In this document: positions 8,800 to 17,162 of the stretch, in pieces | How the letters are laid out: every line of letters begins with the position of its first letter | Position numbering within the stretch: the first letter of the stretch is position 1 | Assembly (NCBI GenBank): GCA_964348105.1 | Contig: CAYGBP010000008.1 | Span: 3,663 to 42,983 of the forward strand | From: an uncultured Nitrospirota bacterium | GTDB taxonomy: Bacteria > Nitrospirota > Nitrospiria > DATECO01 | DNA length: 39,321 nucleotides | Direction of reading: 5' to 3' | Notes under the pieces: generated by a model | What the model was told of the DNA's origin: nothing | Database searches by the model: none | What the model saw: the letters and a program-made list of their open reading frames with translations, nothing else | Made by a program: the position numbers and the translations under genes

Positions 8800-9071
8800 G
8801 GCGGTTTCGTTCTCACGGGAAGTTTTACGAGCGTGATGCAGCGACCGAATGCAAGGAGTCATCGCTTCGGTGGGCCACTGTTCGGCAATGCAGAGGCCCG
8901 GCATGTCACCTTTGGCCGGCTGCAGTCAGGCAGGATCTTTTCATTTGACAGCGATCGCAGCGCCGTGATAGGTTGCTGAGCGAAGGACGAGATCGAAAAG
9001 GACCAGGATTCAGTGGGGCTGAGGGGGAGGGCGAGGCCCCAAACATCGGGCCCAATCAAGAGGAGCGTAAG

Positions 9072-9617
9072 ATGTATCTCATGAAGATGCTGGTTGCAGT
9101 CGGGGCGTTGTGCGCGGTTGCGTTATTTATTCACGGAGCCGGTGTGCCGGCGATGGCCAAGACGGAGATTATTCCCGGGGCCGGCGCCAAAGCACCGGAG
9201 AACGCGGTGGAGGAGATCCATTCGGCATTCAAGAAGGCCGAGGAGGCCATCCGGGAGGGGGACCTGAAGGAACTGATGAAGTTTTATTCCAACGGGTATG
9301 AATACCATGGCCTGAAGAAAAAAGACATCAGGAAAATCTGGGAGGATCTATTCGGGAAGCATCGGCGGGTCGAAACCACGCATTTGCTTTCAAATTTCGT
9401 GGTGAAGGATGACGGAAAGGTGAAGACGGCAGAAGTCACCTGCACGGGAAATCTCTGGGCGACATCCAAGACCACGGGCAAAAGGCAAAACATCGACAGT
9501 TGGTTTGAAGAGGCGCATTATCTTATTTTCGAGGACGGAGCCTGGCGCGCCCGCGGAAACGCCGGGGAGCCTTCCCATCTCATGCAGTTCGGCAGCGCCC
9601 CGCATCCGCTATTCTGA
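9072..9617 (+). CDS. Secreted NTF2/SnoaL-like (DUF4440-like) protein
   Basis: ATG at 9072 preceded by AGAGGAG. Signal peptide MYLMKMLVAVGALCAVALFIHGAGVPAMA. The mature part (AFKKAEEAIREGDLKELMKFYSNGYEYHG ... AHYLIFEDGAWRA) resembles an NTF2-like fold. Confidence 0.55.
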   Translation: MYLMKMLVAVGALCAVALFIHGAGVPAMAKTEIIPGAGAKAPENAVEEIHSAFKKAEEAIREGDLKELMKFYSNGYEYHGLKKKDIRKIWEDLFGKHRRVETTHLLSNFVVKDDGKVKTAEVTCTGNLWATSKTTGKRQNIDSWFEEAHYLIFEDGAWRARGNAGEPSHLMQFGSAPHPLF

Positions 9618-9661
9618 CGAAATCTACGGTAGGTCCTATCCTGGCAAGACCTCTGTGTCTT

Positions 9662-9994
9662 TCAAGTAACGGCTATGATCCAGAAGATTCCCAGGACGAA
9701 GACCCCGAAGCTGCTCGTTCCCCAGAGCCACCATCTCCAGCCTTCCCGGCACCGGGAACGCCTGAGCTGGACCAGGCCCGCAAGCGTCCCGCCAAGGGCC
9801 AGAAGCCAGAAGAACGGTTCATAGGGGATCACGGCGCTGGATCCGGCAGACAGGGCAGCCATCAGGCCCGCCGTGCCGGCGCCCGCAAAGAGCATCGGCC
9901 CCAAGATGCAGGAGGAACCGATCAGGGCCGAAACCAAAGAGCGGGCAGCCAGCGAGACGGTCTTATACGATTTTGTTTCTTTGCCGTTTCCCAT
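9662..9994 (-). CDS. Small 3-TM membrane protein, possibly MerT-like topology
   Basis: 110-aa ORF with three hydrophobic segments. SSCILGP lies in TM1 and a Cys lies in the TM2-TM3 loop (RRSRCREG), resembling but not matching the MerT CC pairs. It sits next to the ArsM-like gene. Confidence 0.4.
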   Translation of the reverse strand: MGNGKETKSYKTVSLAARSLVSALIGSSCILGPMLFAGAGTAGLMAALSAGSSAVIPYEPFFWLLALGGTLAGLVQLRRSRCREGWRWWLWGTSSFGVFVLGIFWIIAVT

Positions 9995-10017
9995 CGGCGG
10001 ATTTCCCCTTCTGCCGA

Positions 10018-10701
10018 TTAGGACGGTTTTCTTCCCTGAAGCACCACGGTCTTCGCGCCATAGGAGGCCGCCACTTCCCGCGTCTCCGGCTCCGAGCTTT
10101 TTGAGAAATAATCCAGTTGACTGATCACCTTCACATCGACAAAGCCGGCCTTGCGGAACAGCTCCAGGTATCGGTCCTCCATCTCAGCGCCCACGATGCA
10201 TTCCGCCCAAAGTTGTGGATTTTCCCGTGAGGATTGCTTGATCGGCTTGCCCAATACGATATCCGCGATCTGAATCCGTCCGCCCGGGCGAAGGACCCGG
10301 AAGATTTCGGCGAAGGCTCGCGGCTTGTCCGGAATCAGGTTGAGTACACCGTTGCTGGTCACCACGCCCACAGACGCATCGGGCAGAGGGAACTTCTCGG
10401 CATTTCCCTCGAAGAACTCCACCTGGGTTGCCCCCATCTTCGCGGCGTTGCACCTGGCCTTGTTGAGCATGGCCTGGGTCATGTCCAGCCCAGCCACTTT
10501 TCCTTTCGGCCCCACCCGGGTGGAGGCGATGAGGACATCTGTTCCGGATCCCGAGCCGATATCATGATAGGAAAAGCCCTGCAGTTCGCAGAGCACGACG
10601 GGGATTCGGAAATCTTCCGGCAGGCTGTCTACCGCCTTTTCAAGGTCCTCGCGCAGAACCTTGTTTAGAAATTCCTTCTCAGGATTTCCCCACCAGAGCA
10701 A
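10018..10701 (-). CDS. Chimeric ORF: ECF sigma region-4 remnant fused in frame to a 5'-truncated ArsM-like SAM-dependent methyltransferase
   Basis: The N-terminal 50 aa, LEKAVDSLPEDFRIPVVLCELQGFSYHDI, form sigma70 region 4 up to the first HTH helix. The sequence then switches directly to MTase motif I, GSGSGTDVLIASTRVGPKGKVAGLDMT. It continues like arsenite methyltransferases (VEFFEGNAEKFPLPDASVGVVTSNGVLNLIPDKPRAFAEIFRVLRPGGRIQIADIV). Confidence 0.7.
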   Translation of the reverse strand: MLWWGNPEKEFLNKVLREDLEKAVDSLPEDFRIPVVLCELQGFSYHDIGSGSGTDVLIASTRVGPKGKVAGLDMTQAMLNKARCNAAKMGATQVEFFEGNAEKFPLPDASVGVVTSNGVLNLIPDKPRAFAEIFRVLRPGGRIQIADIVLGKPIKQSSRENPQLWAECIVGAEMEDRYLELFRKAGFVDVKVISQLDYFSKSSEPETREVAASYGAKTVVLQGRKPS

Positions 10702-10749
10702 AAAGGGGTCATGCAGCTGTTCAAACAGCGAAAAAGATGAGTCCGTGTC

Positions 10750-11028
10750 TCAAGAGACAGGGTCGATGGATACGGTTTGAGGCCGGACTGCCCGTTTTCG
10801 GCAGGCCGTGATGAAATGATTCGTGAGAATCCGGAAGATCCAGGGCCGGAAGCTGCCCTGATCCTTTAGGGAACCATTGTTGGCCCAGGCCTTGGCGACC
10901 GTATCCGCCACGAGATCCTCCGCGTCCGCGCGGTTCTTGGCAAGCCGGAGCGCCGCTCCATAGAGCTCATCCAGAAGGTCCATGACCCTTTCCTCGAATA
11001 ATTTGGTTCTCTTTTCCTCAGGGCTCAT
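10750..11028 (-). pseudogene. ECF (group 4) sigma-70 factor, region 2 fragment ended by an in-frame TGA
   Basis: It reads DLLDELYGAALRLAKNRADAEDLVADTVAKAWANNGSLKDQGSFRPWIFRILTNHFITACRKR, which covers sigma70 regions 2.1-2.4. The TGA at 10752-10750 is in the same frame as the downstream ORF starting at 10701. Together they look like one former gene interrupted by a nonsense codon. Confidence 0.75.
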
Positions 11029-11060
11029 TCCAATACCTGATGAGATGCCGTCTACCCGCT

Positions 11061-11087
11061 AAGACGCACCGGCAGGGTAAAAGTTCC
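11061..11087 (-). promoter_or_regulatory. ECF-type (autoregulatory) promoter upstream of the decayed sigma gene
   Basis: The minus strand reads GGAAC (11087-11083), a 16-nt spacer, then CGTCTT (11066-11061). This is the classic ECF -35 GGAAC / -10 CGTC architecture, about 35 nt upstream of the sigma ATG at 11028. Confidence 0.55.
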
Positions 11088-11382
11088 CGAACATCGTGAG
11101 ATAATCCTGATATAGCCTCTGACGGGCTAGTCCTGGCCCGGCTGGGAGACAGGGCTATTTTAGCAGATCTCAATCGCCCGGAATACCCGGGATCGAACAG
11201 GGCCGTTTTGTGTCAAGCCATTGATAAGCATAAGAAAAAATCGGAACGGGAGTCTAATTTGACTTGATCTACCCATTTAATGTAAGAAAGATGCGTTAGG
11301 CTCTGTACAGTTATTGTTCGCAATTTCTGTCTGGTCGAGACAGGCCGGGAGGATCGGGTTTGCGGCGGGAGGGGAGCCACGA

Positions 11383-11805
11383 ATGATGTTTGACGCGGCA
11401 GTGTCGGCGCAGCAGGCGTTTGCACGGGCCCGGGACTGCAATGAACTGGGCGAAGAGATGAATGCGGCGGTCGAGGCCGAGGAGCGGTTTTCAAACGGCG
11501 TGGGTGAGGAGGCCTCGGAGGCCTACCGCGAACTGGTGGCAATCGGCGAGCGGCATCCGCAGGCTTTGGCATTTCGGGAGTTCCTGGTGTATATCACCTG
11601 GTGTCATCTGATGGATGAGACGCAGCCGGAGCATTTCAGACGGGGGCTGATCCTGTGCGATGATTTGCTTGAGCGTGACGACGGCAAGGACCCGGAGCGC
11701 CTCAGGCGGCTTCGGGAGATCCGGCGATCTTTCCGGACCGGTCTGGGCGAAGCGTCAGACGATTTGCTGGATTACGAAGCCGATACGCCCAAGGGCGGCG
11801 ACTGA
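11383..11805 (+). CDS. Hypothetical acidic cytoplasmic protein
   Basis: ATG at 11383 preceded by GGGAGGGGAG. 140 aa with coding-like composition and no recognisable motifs. Confidence 0.5.
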   Translation: MMFDAAVSAQQAFARARDCNELGEEMNAAVEAEERFSNGVGEEASEAYRELVAIGERHPQALAFREFLVYITWCHLMDETQPEHFRRGLILCDDLLERDDGKDPERLRRLREIRRSFRTGLGEASDDLLDYEADTPKGGD

Positions 11806-11877
11806 ATTCTTCCCGGCGCGCGTCCCGGCAATTACTTCATCTCGTTTCTTACCCGGTCGCCGGCCGGACGGCAGAAG

Positions 11878-12569
11878 ATGAAAGTTGCCCATCGCCGCTA
11901 CCTCGTGGCCCTCAGTCTGGCATTTGCCCTTTGGTGGGCTCTGTGGGGGATGTCTCCCCACGATCGTGCCGACTGGGCGTTGGAGAATGTTCTTGTGGTC
12001 CTGTTTGCGGCGACGGTGGCCGCCCCCTACGGGCGGTTTCCGCATTCCCGGATATCCTATTCGCTGATTTTTATTTATCTATGTCTTCATGAAATCGGCG
12101 CCCGTTACACCTACTCGCGGGTGCCGTATAACGACTGGAGCCAATGGATCCTCGGTGTCTCGATCAGTGACCTGCTGCACCTCGAACGAAACCCGTTCGA
12201 TCGTCTGGTCCATTTCGGCTACGGGCTTTTGCTGGCCTAATCCGATCCGGGAGATGTTCATTCGGGTCGTGTCGGTTAGGGGGGGTGGGCCTATTTCCTT
12301 CCCATGGATCTGACGATGTCCACCTCCATGGTGTTTGAGCTGTTCGAGTTGGGGGGGGCCGCCTGGTTCGGGGGAGAATTGGGGACGCCCACAAGGATAC
12401 GGCCCTGGCCAGCCTGGGCGTCCTGTTGGCAATGATGATCACGGCGGGGATCAATATCCGTTTTCAAAGGGATTTCGCGAGGGAGTGGAACGAGAGCCTC
12501 AGGGTGAAAGGTCTTTCCCCCTTGGGCGAAGATGCGATCGCGGAAATGCAGAAGCAACAGGGGCGATGA
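11878..12569 (+). pseudogene. DUF2238/YjdF-like inner-membrane protein gene broken by at least three frame changes
   Basis: Frame 1 runs MKVAHRRYL...RNPFDRLVHFGYGLLLA and stops at 12238-12240. The family-like sequence continues in frame +1 (PIREMFIRVVSVRG). It returns to frame 1 after the G7 run at 12279-12285 (WAYFLPMDLTMSTSMVFELFELGGAAWFGGELG). It then moves to the third frame from about 12384 (GDAHKDTALASLGVLLAMMITAGINIRF...) and stops at 12567-12569. Confidence 0.6.
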
Positions 12570-12723
12570 AATCCACGGGCGGAGGCGCGCTTGCCGGGCA
12601 GGGGAGCTTGCTTCCGCCCTTTGAGGTGGTCGCCGCGCTGTCCGGAACCATTGGGTATGGCGCGGTTGCTCAATGCATGTGAATCTTCAGACGAAAGGCA
12701 ACAAAAATCACAAAAAGGAGGCT

Positions 12724-12942
12724 ATGATGTCGGACAGCGTTTACAAGATTATTGAGCTGGTTGGAACGAGTCGGGAATCCTGGGAAAAAGCCGCGGCGGC
12801 CGCGGTCGAGCGGGCGGGACAGTCCCTGCGAGACCTCAGAATTGCCGAGGTGGTGGAAATGGATATGCAGATCAAGGACGGCAAGGTGGAGGCCTATCGC
12901 GCGAAGGTCAAGGTCTCCTTCAAATACGAGGGCGAGAAATAG
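12724..12942 (+). CDS. Dodecin family flavin-binding protein
   Basis: ATG at 12724 preceded by AAAAGGAGG. The 72-aa product MMSDSVYKIIELVGTSRESWEKAAAAAVERAGQSLRDLRIAEVVEMDMQIKDGKVEAYRAKVKVSFKYE matches the dodecin pattern. Confidence 0.8.
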   Translation: MMSDSVYKIIELVGTSRESWEKAAAAAVERAGQSLRDLRIAEVVEMDMQIKDGKVEAYRAKVKVSFKYEGEK

Positions 12943-12973
12943 ACCGCATATGCAAATTTGAAGGAGGGAATCG

Positions 12974-13492
12974 ATGAAGACCCTGGGAACACGATTTGAT
13001 CTGGCTGTTGTGGCGGGCCTGCTGATTACATTGCTCACCGTGAGCGGGGCCTCGGCTGTTGGTGAGTCGAATGCCGCCAAACTGGAGGGATCGTGGAGCG
13101 GGACCGTGACGGCAATCAATCCGCCGCTGGGTTCGTTTGCGAATCTCATCACCTTCATTCCCGGGGGCGGGGTCATCGAATCCCGGCGGTTGTATGTTCC
13201 CGAGACGCCCTTCGGCCCGCTTCTGGAGACACCCGGTCACGGTGAATGGTCGAAGGTCGGAGAGCGCACATTTCAGGTCAACTTCATGTTTCTAATGCAG
13301 GGCGCGCCGGATAATCCGTATAGTCCCGGGGCGCCCATTGGAACAGACCACATCAGCCTGCAGTTGAGCTTGAACCCATCGGGGACCGAGTTGACGGGGA
13401 CTTTTGAAAGCGAGATCCGGGATCTTGCCGGAAACGTGATTTTCGCTGCTTCGGGAACCTATGCCGCCACGCCCATTCTCGCGGGGCGTTGA
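12974..13492 (+). CDS. Secreted protein of unknown function (beta-rich)
   Basis: 172-aa ORF with GGAGGGAATCG upstream. It has a signal peptide ending LTVSGASAVGE. Confidence 0.6.
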   Translation: MKTLGTRFDLAVVAGLLITLLTVSGASAVGESNAAKLEGSWSGTVTAINPPLGSFANLITFIPGGGVIESRRLYVPETPFGPLLETPGHGEWSKVGERTFQVNFMFLMQGAPDNPYSPGAPIGTDHISLQLSLNPSGTELTGTFESEIRDLAGNVIFAASGTYAATPILAGR

Positions 13493-13581
13493 GCCTCGCA
13501 GGGACCGAATCGAAACGGGGACGATCCAATGCGCGGGATCCGGCGCTTAGCTGCAAGGGCTGACGGCAGGATGAAATCCCT

Positions 13582-14331
13582 GTGATCGGTCCTCTCTTCA
13601 GGATCTATTGCGCTGGGTTCTTTTGGCTCCTGGCGGCGGGTTGCGCCGCCGCCGAGCCCCGGCCCGTCGCCAGTGTCGACGGCGAGTGCGTCATTCTGCT
13701 TCATGGTCTGGCACGAACATCGAAGTCGATGGAAAAGATGGCCTCGGCCCTGGAGCGAGAGGGATTCCGCGTCATCAATGTGGATTACCCCTCACGCCAC
13801 TACCGGGTTGAGAAGCTGGTGGCCCTAGCCATCCCGCCCGCCATCAATGACTGTGAAGCGACGGAAGCCGCCCGTGTCCACTTCGTGACGCATTCCCTGG
13901 GCGGGATCCTGGTGCGATACCATCTATCCCGGCATGAGTTGCCGAGGCTGGGCCGGGTCGTCATGCTCAGCCCGCCCAATCAGGGAAGCGAGGTGGTGGA
14001 CAAGCTTAAGAATTGGCCCGGTTTTTACTGGATCAACGGCCCGGCGGGGGAGCAGCTCGGCACGGATATCAACGGCATCCCCGCACGACTTCCCCCGGTC
14101 GATTACCCGGTCGGCGTGATTACGGGCGATCGAAGCATCAACTGGATCAATTCGATGCTGATCCCCGGACGGGACGACGGGAAGGTGTCCGTGGAGCGCG
14201 CCCGGGTTGAAGGCATGATCGACTTTATCGTCACCCACCACACCCATCCCTTTATTATGAAAGCGGGCGACGTGATTGCCCAGACTCTCCTTTTCCTGCG
14301 CGAAGGCCGCTTTGATCAAGATCCACCATGA
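13582..14331 (+). CDS. Exported alpha/beta-fold hydrolase (esterase/lipase-like)
   Basis: 249 aa with a GTG start and an N-terminal signal (FFWLLAAGCAAA). It has an oxyanion-type VILLHGLARTSKSM and a nucleophile elbow FVTHSLGGIL (GxSxG). Confidence 0.8.
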   Translation: MIGPLFRIYCAGFFWLLAAGCAAAEPRPVASVDGECVILLHGLARTSKSMEKMASALEREGFRVINVDYPSRHYRVEKLVALAIPPAINDCEATEAARVHFVTHSLGGILVRYHLSRHELPRLGRVVMLSPPNQGSEVVDKLKNWPGFYWINGPAGEQLGTDINGIPARLPPVDYPVGVITGDRSINWINSMLIPGRDDGKVSVERARVEGMIDFIVTHHTHPFIMKAGDVIAQTLLFLREGRFDQDPP

Positions 14332-14485
14332 GCCGACCGCATTCGAAAATAACCACTGAAGGCACATGTGAAACTTGATCGTATATCCGGAGTCCCTGGA
14401 GGGGCGCTCATTCCCGTCGGCGGTGACGGAACCTCGATTGATTGATGGCGGTATTGCAGGGCGTCCGAGCATGAGATGAATCGAC

Positions 14486-17056
14486 TTAAGGCTTTCGCCG
14501 CTTGGTTCGGGCCGTGGGCGGGGCGTTCCAGGGATCTTCGGGCCACGGGTGCTTGGGATATCGCGCCCTGAGCTCCTTTCTGACTTCGGGATAGGTGTGC
14601 TCCCAGAATCCGCGCAGGTCCTGCGTCACCTGAATGGGGCGGCGGGCCGGAGAGAGCAGGTGCAAGGTGACGGGGACGCGTCCCCAGGCCACCCGCGGGG
14701 TGTCGGCCAGCCCGAACATCTCCTGAAGCTTTACCGACAGGACAGGCGATTCACCGGGGCGGTATTCGAGTCGATGGCTTGCGCCGCTGGGAACGACGAT
14801 GCGGCCGGGGGCGCCCTCATCGAGCCTCTGATGCAGCTTGGGATCCAGCAGGTTTCGAAGGGGGAGGAGCAAATCCAGCCGCTCGAGGTCCTGACGCCGT
14901 GCAACCCCCCCCAGAAAGGGGGCCAGCCAGTCATCCAGGCGCGCCTGCAAGGCGTCATCCGAGAGATCCGGCCAGCCCTCGTCGGGACACCAGTGCCGCA
15001 GTGAAAGCACACGCGCCTGCCACTGGCGCGCGTCGCGGGTCCAGGGCAGACCGGCAATCCCGATTCGACGAACGGCCTCCAGAACGGCGGTACGCCGCAT
15101 TTCAGGGTCCGGTTTCGCAAGTGCCGTGCTCTTGAGGATCAGGCATCCCAGGCGCTCCTCTACCCTCGCAACGATCTTGCCCTCCCGCTCATCCCACCGG
15201 ACGACTTCTGCGGTCTGCAGGCGAATCGCCTCTTCCTCCCGCAGAATATCCAGGTCCACGGCGGCTGCGAGATGGATCTTCCCTTCCGTGTCGCCGGCAT
15301 CGAGCGAGGCGGCTACGAGATAAGGCTGGCGCAGAGGGTGCTCGCGCTCGGGGAGGCGGGCGCCGCGGCCGGAGGACAGCAGGTAGCGGTAGTCCCGGGG
15401 GGCCCGCTGTTGAGCGATTCGATCGGGATATGCCCATGCCAGCAGCAGCCCGACCGATTCGGGACTGATCCGGGAGGATCCCGCCTCGATCCGGCAGAGT
15501 CGTCCTACCTGACGGGCCGTCTGCTCCACACGGGCGCAAGCAGCGGGATCGGCCCCGGCCGATTGCGCCGCCTCCCTTCCCCCCCGCCGGTACGCCCGTA
15601 ACGCCTCCAGACGGTCCGTGAAATCACAGGAGCGATGGGGTTTTGCCGCGAGAATATCGCGCTCCGAAAGCAGCGCCGCGATGTCACAGGCCAATCCGCC
15701 GAGATCCCGTTGCCTCGCCCGGTCAACCATATGCGCCAGACGAGGATGGATCGGGAGCGCGGCCATGGCCCGGCCGGCAGGCGTGATCCCGCGGGCTGCA
15801 TCCAGTGCGCCGAGTTGCATCAGGAGGTCATAGGCCTGGGCCAGCGCGGCGTGCGGCGGCGGATCGAGCCAGTGAAGCGCCGATGGATCCGCCGCGCCCC
15901 AGAGGGCCATTTCCAGGGCCAATGGGGCGAGGTCCGCGGAACGAATTTCCGGGACAGGATGAGCCATCAGGCCCCCGTGCGTCGCCACGCTCCAAAGGCG
16001 ATAGCAGACACCCGGTCCGGTGCGTCCCGCCCTGCCGGAGCGCTGCTCGGCCGATGCCCGTGAAATGCGGACCGTCGCCAAGCGGGTCAAGCCGTTCGAC
16101 GGGTCGAACCTGGGTTGTCGTGCCAGTCCGGAATCGATCACGACGCCGACTCCCTCGATCGTCAGGCTGGTCTCGGCAATCGGCGTGGCCAGCACAACCC
16201 TGCGGCCCACACCGCCGGAGGGTCGGATCGCGCGGGTTTGCGATTCCCATGGCAGATCGCCGTATAGCGGCAGAATCTCAAGCCCGCGGGCGGACAAGGG
16301 CTTCAATAGCTGCCGAGTCCTACGGATCTCCCAGGCCCCCGGCAGGAAGGCCAGGATGTTTCCGGAATCCTGATCGAGCGCATGCCGGACGGCCTGTTGC
16401 ATGATCTGCGGCAGCCGTTCGATTAGATCGACGGGGTCTTTTTCGGAATGTCTTATGTCTACCGGAAAACTCCTGCCCGGACTGGTGAGTACCGGCGCGT
16501 CATCCAGAAGCGCGGCGACGGCCGCGCCATCCAGGGTGGCGGACATCACCAGGACCTTGAGATTCAGGCCCAGCACCCGCCGGGAGTTTAGTAAAAGGGC
16601 GAGCGCCAGATCGGAATGCAGGTGCCGCTCATGAAACTCATCGAAGATGACCAGGCCGATGCCTTCCAGACCGGGATCGGACTGCAGACGGCGCGTGAGA
16701 ATCCCTTCCGTCAGCACCTCGATCCGCGTCTTGCGCGAGACCTTGGATTCAAACCGAATGCGAAATCCGACAGTTTCTCCGATCGGCTCTCTTAGAAGAT
16801 CGGACATCCGGGCGGCAGCGGCCCGCGCGGCCAGCCGGCGAGGCTCCAGGATCAATATGCCGCGGTTTACGAGCCACGGCTCCTTTAGAAGGGCCAATGG
16901 AACGATCGTGGTCTTCCCCGCACCTGGCGGGGCCTGCAGGACGGCGGATGAATGCCCGCCGAGGCATTCCCGGAGTGCGGGGAGAATTTCATGGATGGGA
17001 TATTCGGACGCGTCGAAATCCTGTTCTATCGGCTGCATTGATGATGGCTCGGCCAT
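14486..17056 (-). CDS. hrpB: ATP-dependent RNA helicase HrpB (DEAH-box)
   Basis: 856 aa with motif I LQAPPGAGKTT, motif II FDEFHERH, SAT (MSATLD) and QRSGRAGR. It also has the HrpB-specific C-terminal domain. Confidence 0.92.
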   Translation of the reverse strand: MAEPSSMQPIEQDFDASEYPIHEILPALRECLGGHSSAVLQAPPGAGKTTIVPLALLKEPWLVNRGILILEPRRLAARAAAARMSDLLREPIGETVGFRIRFESKVSRKTRIEVLTEGILTRRLQSDPGLEGIGLVIFDEFHERHLHSDLALALLLNSRRVLGLNLKVLVMSATLDGAAVAALLDDAPVLTSPGRSFPVDIRHSEKDPVDLIERLPQIMQQAVRHALDQDSGNILAFLPGAWEIRRTRQLLKPLSARGLEILPLYGDLPWESQTRAIRPSGGVGRRVVLATPIAETSLTIEGVGVVIDSGLARQPRFDPSNGLTRLATVRISRASAEQRSGRAGRTGPGVCYRLWSVATHGGLMAHPVPEIRSADLAPLALEMALWGAADPSALHWLDPPPHAALAQAYDLLMQLGALDAARGITPAGRAMAALPIHPRLAHMVDRARQRDLGGLACDIAALLSERDILAAKPHRSCDFTDRLEALRAYRRGGREAAQSAGADPAACARVEQTARQVGRLCRIEAGSSRISPESVGLLLAWAYPDRIAQQRAPRDYRYLLSSGRGARLPEREHPLRQPYLVAASLDAGDTEGKIHLAAAVDLDILREEEAIRLQTAEVVRWDEREGKIVARVEERLGCLILKSTALAKPDPEMRRTAVLEAVRRIGIAGLPWTRDARQWQARVLSLRHWCPDEGWPDLSDDALQARLDDWLAPFLGGVARRQDLERLDLLLPLRNLLDPKLHQRLDEGAPGRIVVPSGASHRLEYRPGESPVLSVKLQEMFGLADTPRVAWGRVPVTLHLLSPARRPIQVTQDLRGFWEHTYPEVRKELRARYPKHPWPEDPWNAPPTARTKRRKP

Positions 17057-17162
17057 TTTGTTTAGAGTACCCGGCTTTCAGGTTGGTGGCAAGTCCATTT
17101 CGGACCGGGTGGCGATCGGATGAAGCCTGTCGTGTCGATGAAATCACCCTGCTGGTTTTTTC

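Noticed and set aside
8945-9071. ~100-nt leader upstream of the NTF2-like gene with a GGGGC...GCCCC hairpin, considered as a riboswitch
   Set aside because: It resembles no riboswitch class I can recognise. The putative promoter (TTGACA-17-ATAGGT) is only moderate, so the evidence is insufficient.
10750-10752. Reading the in-frame TGA (here and at 26149-26151) as selenocysteine or a reassigned Trp/Gly codon
   Set aside because: TGA clearly terminates well-supported genes in this window (for example 2594-2596, 6983-6985 and 12567-12569). I found no SECIS-like hairpin, and the DoxX copy also carries an in-frame TAA. Nonsense mutation is the simpler explanation.
15805-16404. Several 100-200-aa plus-strand ORFs (14549-17123) inside hrpB
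   Set aside because: All are Arg/Pro/Ser-rich antisense frames of a gene with clear DEAH helicase motifs.
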